A DNA stretch of 64,000 nucleotides from Bdellovibrionales bacterium. Lineage in GTDB: Bacteria; Bdellovibrionota; Bdellovibrionia; Bdellovibrionales; JAGQZY01. Positions 36,655 to 44,505 of this stretch are shown in pieces; positions within the stretch are counted from its first letter, which is position 1; each line of letters begins with the position of its first letter. The notes below the pieces were generated by a model that worked only from the letters and a program-made list of their open reading frames with translations, made no database searches and was not told where the DNA came from. The stretch lies in the NCBI GenBank assembly GCA_041739665.1, contig JBGSNK010000062.1:18063-82062 (forward strand), given 5' to 3'. The translations under genes were made by a program, and so were the position numbers.

Positions 36655-37368
36655 CTACTGCCTATGACTCATAGCTATTTTTTGGACTTCAGCATCGTTG
36701 GGATTCGATTTGATATATTCATTTACATAATCTTGACTCACGTCAACACCATCTTGTAGAGACCAATCATACAAGTTTGTCACAGCTATTTTATTTAATG
36801 GATTTTCGTCTAAAGCACGTAGCAAACAGGCTCGTGACAAATCTTGATCCGCATAAGAACGATGGACTAGAGCCAAACCCACCCAAGACACGTCCGATTG
36901 GTTATTTTTCTCAATGACATATGCAAAACGCTGTTTGGCTTTATTAAAATCGCCTTTTTGAATAGCTAAAACACCATAATTGACAATCAGGCTCTCATCT
37001 TCGCTGTTGATTCCATGAGCCAAGTTGTATTTTTCCTCGGCAGCATCTATATCTCCGCACTTCAAATAAATGTTACCCATTGCTTTATATATATCAAAGA
37101 GTAGAGGACTGTTTTCTTCCATTTGATCACAAGCCTGATGTAAACATTTTAGGGCTTTAGGGTAGTCACCATTGGCTTCAAATATTTCACACATTAAAAT
37201 TTGTGTTTCTGGAGTATCGACAACTTCTTTAGGCAACTTTTGAATCAGTTGACTTGCCTTGAAATAATCTCTGCTTTCAACGTATTTTCTAATCTCGCTC
37301 ACTTGATGTTGAGTGAGTAGGTTGTAGGGTTGAAATTGACCTTCCGATGAGTTCATTAAAGTTTCCAT
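36655..37368 (-). CDS. TPR-repeat protein
   Basis: Several TPR-like units are present (GDYPKALKCLHQA; MGNIYLKCGDIDAAEEKY; GDFNKAKQRFAYVIE). The ATG at 37368 is preceded by AAGG. The ORF track extends to a TTG at 37458. Confidence 0.65.
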   Translation of the reverse strand: METLMNSSEGQFQPYNLLTQHQVSEIRKYVESRDYFKASQLIQKLPKEVVDTPETQILMCEIFEANGDYPKALKCLHQACDQMEENSPLLFDIYKAMGNIYLKCGDIDAAEEKYNLAHGINSEDESLIVNYGVLAIQKGDFNKAKQRFAYVIEKNNQSDVSWVGLALVHRSYADQDLSRACLLRALDENPLNKIAVTNLYDWSLQDGVDVSQDYVNEYIKSNPNDAEVQKIAMSHRQ

Positions 37369-37500
37369 AACACGACCTTGTTGAGTTGTTCTTAACTCAT
37401 ACAAAGCAATGATGATGCCAAACACATAAGGACTAAATTTAGGGGTACTGCGTCTCAATTTTTATTGAGCTCAAAGCTCTAGACAAAGGACAGCCTACAG

Positions 37501-37524
37501 CGCCAATTTCTTTAGGAATTGGCG
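37501..37524 (-). promoter_or_regulatory. 8-bp-stem hairpin in the 78-nt gap between the FliT-like gene and the TPR gene
   Basis: CGCCAATT-N8-AATTGGCG. No U-tract follows on the minus strand, so it does not look like a classical intrinsic terminator. Confidence 0.3.
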
Positions 37525-37536
37525 TCATATTTTTGA

Positions 37537-37929
37537 CTAAACGGTTTTATATCCCTTGAGAACTTTTCGCCCCTCTCGGGTGCTAGATATCTCGCGAATG
37601 ATTTTGCTTTTCTCATCTTCTATACAAGAAATAATTTGTAGATCTTCTTCTAGAATAGAACGAACATTGATTTTAATAGTTTCAAGCAGTTCATTCATCT
37701 CTGTATTTCTGGGAGGATGCAAAAGACTTTTGTCTTCCATCTCAAAGAGCTTATTAATTCGATCATCAATGGTCTGGATATTTAATAGAATCTGCTCGCG
37801 CTTCCTATATAAAGAGTCCAGGTTATCAAATCTTCTCGCTTTAAAACTCAGTTTCTCACGACGCGATTCCTCAAGGAACCTCTCTAAGCAATAATTTTTT
37901 TCTCTTAGTAACTCTATAACCTTGACCAT
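37537..37929 (-). CDS. Putative flagellar export chaperone (FliT/FlgN-like), hypothetical
   Basis: 130-aa all-helical charged protein located 8 nt after fliS (the position of fliT in many fliD-fliS-fliT operons). The SD is GGGGG. Assignment is by position and composition only. Confidence 0.4.
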   Translation of the reverse strand: MVKVIELLREKNYCLERFLEESRREKLSFKARRFDNLDSLYRKREQILLNIQTIDDRINKLFEMEDKSLLHPPRNTEMNELLETIKINVRSILEEDLQIISCIEDEKSKIIREISSTREGRKVLKGYKTV

Positions 37930-37937
37930 TCTGCCCC

Positions 37938-38324
37938 CTATGCTCCCTTTGACTCATTCTTTTTTATTATTTCAACGGCTTCTTTCCATCCATCGTACAA
38001 AGTCTCTAAAATCTTTAACACATTATTGAGATGTTCGACTTTTCCTGTGATATTGGCGCGAGTGAGCTCATCCGTCATAAACATATAAAGTTGTTCTAAA
38101 TTTTTTGCGACGTCGCCTCCAACTTTATGATCAAGAGTATTCATTAGCTCTAACAAGATATCGTATGTCTTACTTATATTCTCACAACGAGCCTGAATAT
38201 CTTTTCTGTCATAGGCTAGAATTGCCATCTTCGTAAATTTGATGGCACCTTCATAGAGCATAAGCAGAAGCTTTTCTCGACCAGCGCTTTCTACAGCTGT
38301 TTTTTTATATTTGGTGTATCCCAC
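37938..38324 (-). CDS. fliS: Flagellin-specific export chaperone FliS
   Basis: 128 aa with the FliS signature (KLLLMLYEGAIKFTKMA...) and a four-helix length. It lies downstream of fliD. Confidence 0.85.
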   Translation of the reverse strand: MGYTKYKKTAVESAGREKLLLMLYEGAIKFTKMAILAYDRKDIQARCENISKTYDILLELMNTLDHKVGGDVAKNLEQLYMFMTDELTRANITGKVEHLNNVLKILETLYDGWKEAVEIIKKNESKGA

Positions 38325-38341
38325 TCAACTGACCCCTTTTG

Positions 38342-39727
38342 TTAACCGAACTGTAGTCCTACTCCGCCAGCGCCGCCACTATTCATAGCCGCAACAGCAC
38401 CACCCTGAGCTTTCAATTTACCCATAGTCTCTTCAAGTCTTGCAAATTTCCTGCGTAACCCATCTTCTTTTTGAGCCAATAATCGTTCTTTATTCTCAAT
38501 ACTTTGATCAATACGTCTTAAATTGTTCTCTAAGCCGCTTTTCCGATTTGCAATAACTCCATATTGGGTATTGACGTTATTCTTTATCATATCTCGAACC
38601 TTAGTGATAAAACCGGACCCTCTACTTCCATCACCACGAAGAAACTTAACCACTCCACTGGGGTTGGACTGCAAAACTTGGTCAAATTTTTCTTGCTTAA
38701 AATCCAGGGTACCACTTCTGTTAAATTCAACACCAAGATCTGAGAGTCGATGGACGCCCGGCTTAGAACTGTACGAGCCTGATTGAAGCATGTTTTTAAG
38801 TCTCAACTCCACACTGCGAAGCATGGAGTCACCACCCAGTGTTTTTGTAGTATCTGTATTTTCATCCATTGCATTTTGTTGCTGAATAAAACCCAAAACA
38901 CTATTCATTGAGTCGACAAACTCGCTCATCTTGCCTTTAATGGCCTCGTAATTTTCACTCACCGCAACCGTGACCTCTTTGCCTGGTTCAGCGCTTAACA
39001 ATCTGAGGTTCACTCCAGGAACTAAACTTTCCAGCTTCTTGGCATCAACCTCTATTTCGAAACCGTTCATCTTGATTTTCCCGTTTTCTGCCTGTCTTTG
39101 GTTTTCAAAAAAGAAGTCATGATCACCATCGAGCAAATAAACAGTTGGGAATTTTATGTCATTGTTATTTCCATACTTATCACTAGAGAGAATTAGCTTA
39201 TGTGGGTAATCACTATCGTCTGCATCTGCCACAATAGACGCCTTTACACCGACGCCAGCTTCATTGATGGCACGAGCAACACCACTTAATGTGTTGTTTG
39301 TATCATTCAAATAGACTTCTTTAGTGCCTTCGGGTGTCTCAAATTTAAGGTAACCTACGCCAACTTGAGTACGATCACGATCTGGAAAACCATTTGTCAC
39401 AGTTCCTGCACTCACTGGTAATTTTAGTACTTCAATAGACCACGATCCAGTTTGCGCATTGTCGACATCAACTGTGCCGGCTACTATTCCCTCTTGAGAA
39501 AGTTCAAGTGAGTAATCCTTAAAACCACCGGCACCAACTATATTACCTAAAGTATCGCCGACGCTACGAAGCCTAGTCTCGAGATCACCAACTAAACTCA
39601 TCTTGGCATTGATTCCCTCTTTTTTTCCCTCGAGGGTTTGGATAGGAATACGTTCGCTAGCCATGATCTGTTCGACCATGTTCGGCGGCAAACCTGATGC
39701 AATTCCTCCAAAGCTAATTGGTGGCAA
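38342..39727 (-). CDS. fliD: Flagellar filament capping protein FliD (HAP2)
   Basis: 461 aa with a TTG start preceded by GGGAGGG. The N-terminus is ISFGGIASGLPPNMVEQIMASERIPIQ, and the C-terminal coiled coil is LRRKFARLEETMGKLKAQ. Confidence 0.85.
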   Translation of the reverse strand: MPPISFGGIASGLPPNMVEQIMASERIPIQTLEGKKEGINAKMSLVGDLETRLRSVGDTLGNIVGAGGFKDYSLELSQEGIVAGTVDVDNAQTGSWSIEVLKLPVSAGTVTNGFPDRDRTQVGVGYLKFETPEGTKEVYLNDTNNTLSGVARAINEAGVGVKASIVADADDSDYPHKLILSSDKYGNNNDIKFPTVYLLDGDHDFFFENQRQAENGKIKMNGFEIEVDAKKLESLVPGVNLRLLSAEPGKEVTVAVSENYEAIKGKMSEFVDSMNSVLGFIQQQNAMDENTDTTKTLGGDSMLRSVELRLKNMLQSGSYSSKPGVHRLSDLGVEFNRSGTLDFKQEKFDQVLQSNPSGVVKFLRGDGSRGSGFITKVRDMIKNNVNTQYGVIANRKSGLENNLRRIDQSIENKERLLAQKEDGLRRKFARLEETMGKLKAQGGAVAAMNSGGAGGVGLQFG

Positions 39728-39890
39728 ATTCCCTCCCTAGAGATTCCTTAATTATGCCGGAAATGTAAGGTTTCCTGTGAGTCATTAATATGTCACAGAC
39801 GAAAGCAAATAGAGCGCTTATAACGAATTGAAATCATTTAGGATGAAAAAAGGGTGACAGTTTTTTGACGTAGTAAACAGTCGATCAATT

Positions 39891-40259
39891 TTAAGCAGTT
39901 TTATTAAGAAGTTGTATTTCATCCCTTGAGGACTGTTCCCAAAGAAAAAATAGGTCGCGTTCTACAAAACGGCGAACAATCTGGCCCTCTGGACTTTCAA
40001 TAACGATGATATTTTGATTATTCTCAACTTTGTGTTTAACAATAAGGTTATTTTGCTTAACACCTTCGTTATTCTCTAATTTTTTGATGACATCTTGAAT
40101 CTCGGTTTCGGACAAAGGTCTGTGACTCTCACTTTCAGAGTGAGTCTGTTGACCGTTAGCCTCTCTCTCACTTGTCTCATCTGACTTGATAGACTTTGAA
40201 GCCTCGATTTTATCTTTTGCCAGCACTTGGGCTGGATTTGAAAGAGATCGAATATTCAT
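39891..40259 (-). CDS. flaG: FlaG-family flagellar protein
   Basis: The C-terminal pattern IIVIESPEGQIVRRF is typical of FlaG, and it sits in the fliC-flaG-fliD-fliS position. The ATG at 40259 is preferred, because the ORF-track TTG at 40277 lies inside the putative -10 element. Confidence 0.7.
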   Translation of the reverse strand: MNIRSLSNPAQVLAKDKIEASKSIKSDETSEREANGQQTHSESESHRPLSETEIQDVIKKLENNEGVKQNNLIVKHKVENNQNIIVIESPEGQIVRRFVERDLFFLWEQSSRDEIQLLNKTA

Positions 40260-40267
40260 CAATAATA

Positions 40268-40295
40268 TATTCGGCAAATTCCCGTGATAGCTTTA
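40268..40295 (-). promoter_or_regulatory. Putative sigma-28 (FliA) promoter of flaG-fliD-fliS
   Basis: The minus strand reads TAAA-N16-GCCGAATA (consensus TAAA-N15-GCCGATAA). The -10 element ends 8 nt before the flaG ATG. Confidence 0.45.
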
Positions 40296-40308
40296 ACAGT
40301 CATTTTCC

Positions 40309-40337
40309 AAAAAACGAGGGGGATTTTAATCCCCCCC
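40309..40337 (-). terminator. Rho-independent terminator after flagellin 40362..41195
   Basis: The minus strand reads GGGGGGATTAAAATCCCCC, followed by TCGTTTTTTGG. Confidence 0.6.
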
Positions 40338-40361
40338 GAGGCGGAAGAATGGCCTGGGTTA

Positions 40362-41195
40362 TTAGCCAACGAGTTTTAATGCCATTTGTGGGTTGACGTT
40401 CGCTTGACTTAAAATAGAAGTCGTCGCGTTCTGGAGAATATTCCCCTTCGTCAATTCAGCGCTGGATGAAGCGATATCTGCATCGCGTATACGTGAATCT
40501 GCAGCAGATAGGTTTTCAACAGCACTGTCAATATTTTCAGTTGTGGTGACCAATCGATTCTGTAAGGCACCGAGTTTGGCTCGATGACCGTTTACACCGA
40601 CGAGAGCTGCATCAATATCTTCGATTGCAGACTGAGCCCCACTCTTACTTGATAGATCCAGTCCACTTAAGCCAAGGGAACCGAGTGTAACATCTGTATC
40701 AGAGGAATCATAAGAGATCGCGTTTAATTCTGTATCTCCATGAATACCAACTTGGAAGTCAAAGACATCACCAGCACCGTTGAGAAGTTTTTTCTCTCCA
40801 AACTGGGTAGACTGTGCAATTCGCTCCACTTCAAGCTTCAGTTGATCGACCTCTTCTTGAATAAATCCGCGTTCTCTTTCGTCAATAGTATCAGAAGCTG
40901 CCTGGATGGAGAGCTCTCTAAATCTATTGATCATGTTTGCAACTTCACTCAAGCCACCTTCAGCTACTTGAACCATAGATATACCATCTTGAGTGTTTCG
41001 CCCCGCCTGAACATATGAGCGGATGTTTGATCGTAGACTCTCAGAGATCGACAATCCGGCAGCATCATCTGCTGCTTTTGTGATTCGAGAACCTGTTGAT
41101 AGTTGCGCCATTGCTTTATCAGTGGTGCGCTGATTGCCGTTGAGTGCTCTTTGAGCCGTTAACGACGGAACGTTCGTTGCTATTCGCAGTGCCAT
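40362..41195 (-). CDS. fliC: Flagellin
   Basis: 277 aa with N-terminal MALRIATNVPSLTAQRAL...AADDAAGLSISE and C-terminal SRIRDADIASSSAELTKGNILQNATTSILSQAN. The SD is GGGAGGAAG. Confidence 0.95.
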   Translation of the reverse strand: MALRIATNVPSLTAQRALNGNQRTTDKAMAQLSTGSRITKAADDAAGLSISESLRSNIRSYVQAGRNTQDGISMVQVAEGGLSEVANMINRFRELSIQAASDTIDERERGFIQEEVDQLKLEVERIAQSTQFGEKKLLNGAGDVFDFQVGIHGDTELNAISYDSSDTDVTLGSLGLSGLDLSSKSGAQSAIEDIDAALVGVNGHRAKLGALQNRLVTTTENIDSAVENLSAADSRIRDADIASSSAELTKGNILQNATTSILSQANVNPQMALKLVG

Positions 41196-41339
41196 ATCTT
41201 CCTCCCTATGAAATCACTGTTGCATAATCCACAAACGATTTTTTTTCGTTTGCATGTTGAAACCTGTTGGTCTCTTGTTGCCGTACAATGTTTGGGAAAA
41301 AGTCTTTGTCTGACGCGCCCCCAAGCACTGACAACAAAC

Positions 41340-41366
41340 CTTTCGGCAGGACTGGACTAGACTCAA
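41340..41366 (-). promoter_or_regulatory. Weak sigma-28-like promoter candidate for flagellin 40362..41195
   Basis: The minus strand reads TTGA-N15-GCCGAAAG. The -35 element is poor, and the leader would be about 140 nt. Confidence 0.3.
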
Positions 41367-41419
41367 GTCAGATCTGAAAAAAGTCTAGTGGACAGAATAC
41401 AATAGTTGTTTCAAATGAA

Positions 41420-41439
41420 GACTATTTTTAAAAATAGTC
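41420..41439. repeat. Perfect 20-bp palindrome GACTATTTTTAAAAATAGTC
   Basis: Read directly from the sequence. It lies between the two tandem flagellin genes, about 55 nt upstream of the candidate promoter. Confidence 0.9.
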
Positions 41440-41507
41440 GTGAAAAAATAGAGGCTTATGAAATGTTAAAGAAATTTTCAAAAAAAATCGCTGTCAAAAA
41501 GTTCGTC

Positions 41508-41530
41508 AAAAACCCCAACTTTCGCTGGGG
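41508..41530 (-). terminator. Rho-independent terminator after flagellin 41564..42391
   Basis: The minus strand reads CCCCAGC-GAAA-GTTGGGG (7-bp stem, GAAA tetraloop), followed by TTTTT. Confidence 0.65.
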
Positions 41531-41563
41531 CTCCTGGTTCTTTTTACGACTAAGGTATTAAAG

Positions 41564-42391
41564 TTAACCTATCAGTTTCAAAGCAGCAGACTGGGATTGG
41601 TTAGCTTGTGCCAACATACTAATCGAAGCTTGCTGTAAAATCTGATTTCTCATCAGTTCAGAAGACTCGGTTGCGATATCCGCATCTCTGATCCTTGAAT
41701 TAGCGGCCGACAAACTCTCGTGGGAGACATCTAAGTTATTGATTGTCGAATCTAACCTGTTCTGCAGAGCTCCAAAACTTGATCTCATCTCTCCTACTTT
41801 AAATAGTGCTGAGTCAATATCTTCTAGAGCGCTTCGAGACCCTGACATACTAGATAAATCCAAACCGCTCACATTTAAAGAACTCGTCGTGGCGTCGGCA
41901 TTGGAATCGTAGCGAATAATCGAGTTATCACTACCGTCGGTTCCAACTTGGAATTCAAGTTCATCGGTTGAGCCATTAAGAAGGTATTTATCTCCAAAAC
42001 GAGTGCTCTCTGCAATTCGATCCACTTCTGATAACAACTGCTGGGCTTCTTGGTCTATGAAACTTCTTTCATCATCAGACATGGTCCCACTCGCACTTTG
42101 TACACCGAGTTCACGTAGGCGAACCAGGATATTGTTCACTTCGTTTAAGCTGCCCTCACCTACTTGAATCATTGAAATGGCATCCTCAGAATTTCTCTTT
42201 GCCATTCTATTACCGGTTGTTCGCGCTTTCAGTTGTTCAGATATGGCTAAACCAGCCGCATCATCTGCCGCAGAGGAGATACGACTCCCCGACGATAATG
42301 CTCTCATAGAACTTGAAAGTTTTTGCTCTTGCGTCGACAACTGCCTTTGGGCGTTTATCGAAGCCATATTTGTATTGATTCGCAGACTCAT
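41564..42391 (-). CDS. fliC: Flagellin
   Basis: 275 aa with MSLRINTNMASINAQRQL...AADDAAGLAISE and C-terminal SRIRDADIATESSELMRNQILQQASISMLAQAN. Confidence 0.95.
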   Translation of the reverse strand: MSLRINTNMASINAQRQLSTQEQKLSSSMRALSSGSRISSAADDAAGLAISEQLKARTTGNRMAKRNSEDAISMIQVGEGSLNEVNNILVRLRELGVQSASGTMSDDERSFIDQEAQQLLSEVDRIAESTRFGDKYLLNGSTDELEFQVGTDGSDNSIIRYDSNADATTSSLNVSGLDLSSMSGSRSALEDIDSALFKVGEMRSSFGALQNRLDSTINNLDVSHESLSAANSRIRDADIATESSELMRNQILQQASISMLAQANQSQSAALKLIG

Positions 42392-42526
42392 AGAATCCTC
42401 CTTCTACTTACAGCTAACTCTTCCAAAAGTTCGACTGACGTGAACAGGCACAACCATGTGCAAAAAGCTGTTATGTTTGTTTGAAAGGGGAGAGTTTCTA
42501 AGTTGATCGAGCGATCCTTCTAGACT

Positions 42527-42554
42527 TTGATCGGGTTCTCAAAAGAATACTTTA
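42527..42554 (-). promoter_or_regulatory. Putative sigma-28 promoter of flagellin 41564..42391
   Basis: The minus strand reads TAAA-N15-CCCGATCA (ACTAAAGTATTCTTTTGAGAACCCGATCAA). Confidence 0.55.
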
Positions 42555-42657
42555 GTTATTTGAGTGAAAACAGCAAGAAAGCCACACTTATTCTCATATT
42601 CATACGTGAAAAATGTCATTTTGACTTGAATTGAGTCTTCTATTTTGGGGGCTTAGG

Positions 42658-44394
42658 CTAGCTTGCCTTTTTGTTTGAGTCTGATTCTTCCGCAGACTGG
42701 TCATTGTCTTCAAGATCACTATTGTCGTTGTTTTCCTCAAGACTATTTTCACCAGAAATGGCCTTTTCAAAACTGACCTCTAGTAAAAATTGCCGCAATT
42801 GCAACTCTTCTTTTGGATCGACAAAAAGTTTATTGCCATTGGGATTTTGATCCAATCTGTCGGCTTGTTCGACGCTCATAGCGCCACCTTTTTTAAGATA
42901 TCGAACACTTTTTTTGTTTTTGGGGAGATAGATGTAAACATCAAAATACAAAATTTTCTCTGGCTTTATCAATTTAGGATCAATTTCTAGGTAACCCGCC
43001 TCTTCAGAGATTTCAAAGTTCGGTTCTTCGTAAGAGTGGTCAGCATACAGAAATTTAGGATCCTCAGCTTGAGGCTTGGCATTAAACTTATCTACAGAGT
43101 CTACTACATCACTCAATTCCGAAGAAATCTTAGCCAGGTAGGGACTAATTTCGGATTCATAGCCAGAATCTTGCAGACCTCTTAATAATTCTTTCCTGAA
43201 CTCAGAAAACCAATTCTTTGGAAGAGTTTGATCTGAACGAGCTCTCACCATAAGACAGCCAGTCGACTTGTTAATTTCTACTGTCATCATTTTGATAGAA
43301 TCAGGATCTGAATCGCCAGAAACGACTCTTTTTGAATCCAATTCATCATTAAGGCTGATGATATTTCGTATAACCTTTCGAGATTGGGCCAATAAGATAC
43401 TATCGCGCTTCTCTTCTTCTATTCTCTCTGTTTCTGTTTTTACGGGTGCATTGGTTTTGTCTCTTTTTTTCTTATTTGATTCAGATGCACCACCAGCACC
43501 CTTTGCACCAGGATAGGAGGCTCCAGAAAATGTAGAGTTTTTACTGGCAGAGCCTTGTCCAGAACCTTGTCCAGAGCCTTGTCCAGAACCTTGTCCAGAA
43601 CCTTGTCCAGAACCTTGTCCAGAACCTTGTCCAGAGCCTTGTCCAGAGCCTTGTCCAGAGCCTTGTCCAGAGCCTTGTCCAGAGCCTTGTCCAGAGCCTT
43701 GTTCAGAACCTTGTCCAGAACCTTGTCCAGAGCGCTGTTCAGAACCTTTTCCAAAATCAGATCCAGAGCCTCGTTTAGACCCCTTTTCAAATATTAATCC
43801 AGAACTAGATTCTCTCTCCTGATAATCAGGAGTGTAGCCATCCCGATCTTTTTTATCGTCACCACCCCTTCGATTTGCTCTGAGCAAGTAACCCAAAGAT
43901 GACACCATCTCATCACTCTCTTCTTGACTCATTCCACCTTTTAAGAGAATGGCATCGGGGCCCTCGTTTTCATTAAAGCTAGATTTCGCTTTTTTCTCGG
44001 CAGCTAACTTAGCAGCAGCTTCATTCTCTATACAATGACGTATCTTCATCCAAAAGTTATGAGCCGTTACAACGCTCGTGATTTTGTATTGAGCTTCACA
44101 GGCACTCAACACACTTCGAACTTTTGAATTGTCTTCTTCTATAAAAGCTATAAGCGGGCAACCAACAGTAGATTCAAATATTTGAGGAAACTGACCAACA
44201 CTCGAATGTGGAAAGTTCATACTGAGGGCCATAACATCAGGTGGATTTTGCTTTGACGAACTAAAGAATTCCTTAAGGTCAAAAAAACAAGTCATATCAA
44301 CAGGACGCATTTTACAAATACGCTCTTCGATAGACTTGATTTTAGACGGTTCAGCCGCAAGGACGTGAACCTTTATTCTCTTTTCATCAGACAT
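42658..44394 (-). CDS. Hypothetical protein: degenerate receiver-like N-terminus, (GQGS)n low-complexity linker, unassigned C-terminal domain
   Basis: The ORF track starts at 44409. The second ATG at 44394 is preceded by GGAG. The N-terminal ~130 aa has CheY-like strand/helix periodicity but AAE in place of DD and S at the phospho-acceptor position (VMALSMNFP). The C-terminus contains [24 protein letters not shown]...KLFVDPKE. Confidence 0.6.
   Translation of the reverse strand: MSDEKRIKVHVLAAEPSKIKSIEERICKMRPVDMTCFFDLKEFFSSSKQNPPDVMALSMNFPHSSVGQFPQIFESTVGCPLIAFIEEDNSKVRSVLSACEAQYKITSVVTAHNFWMKIRHCIENEAAAKLAAEKKAKSSFNENEGPDAILLKGGMSQEESDEMVSSLGYLLRANRRGGDDKKDRDGYTPDYQERESSSGLIFEKGSKRGSGSDFGKGSEQRSGQGSGQGSEQGSGQGSGQGSGQGSGQGSGQGSGQGSGQGSGQGSGQGSGQGSGQGSGQGSASKNSTFSGASYPGAKGAGGASESNKKKRDKTNAPVKTETERIEEEKRDSILLAQSRKVIRNIISLNDELDSKRVVSGDSDPDSIKMMTVEINKSTGCLMVRARSDQTLPKNWFSEFRKELLRGLQDSGYESEISPYLAKISSELSDVVDSVDKFNAKPQAEDPKFLYADHSYEEPNFEISEEAGYLEIDPKLIKPEKILYFDVYIYLPKNKKSVRYLKKGGAMSVEQADRLDQNPNGNKLFVDPKEELQLRQFLLEVSFEKAISGENSLEENNDNSDLEDNDQSAEESDSNKKAS
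43549..43752 (-). repeat. 12-bp in-frame tandem repeat (about 15 near-perfect units + 2 degenerate) encoding (GQGS)n
   Basis: Plus-strand units are AGAACCTTGTCC and AGAGCCTTGTCC. The two synonymous variants occur in blocks. Confidence 0.9.
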
Positions 44395-44422
44395 ATTTCT
44401 CCGAGACATATATCACTATAAA

Positions 44423-44449
44423 TGATCGGTTGTTCTAAAATTAAATTGA
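44423..44449 (-). promoter_or_regulatory. Sigma-28-like promoter candidate of the 583-aa repeat protein gene
   Basis: The minus strand reads TCAA-N15-ACCGATCA. The -10 ends 13 nt before the first ATG and 28 nt before the SD-preceded second ATG. Confidence 0.4.
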
Positions 44450-44505
44450 ATCAGACTTAAGCCCAGAACAACAGTCTAGTGGTGATTACAAGGGTTTTGA
44501 TGAAA

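Noticed and set aside
41415-41561. 48-aa plus-strand ORF (MKTIFKNSREKIEAYEMLKKFSKK...) between the two minus-strand flagellin genes.
   Set aside because: There is no ribosome-binding site, the region is AT-rich, and the ORF spans the palindrome and the terminator of the upstream fliC on the other strand. It is probably fortuitous.
43549-43752. Possible CRISPR array suggested by the regular short repeats.
   Set aside because: The period is 12 bp with no spacers, the repeat is in-frame inside a CDS, and no cas genes are present. It is a coding microsatellite, not CRISPR.
43440-43797. ORFs 43440..43790(-) and 43555..43797(+) encoding (LDKA/LSRA)n-like repeats.
   Set aside because: They are alternative-frame and opposite-strand readings of the 12-bp (GQGS)n microsatellite. 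They are open only because the repeat unit lacks stops. The frame continuous with the flanking 583-aa protein is the real one.
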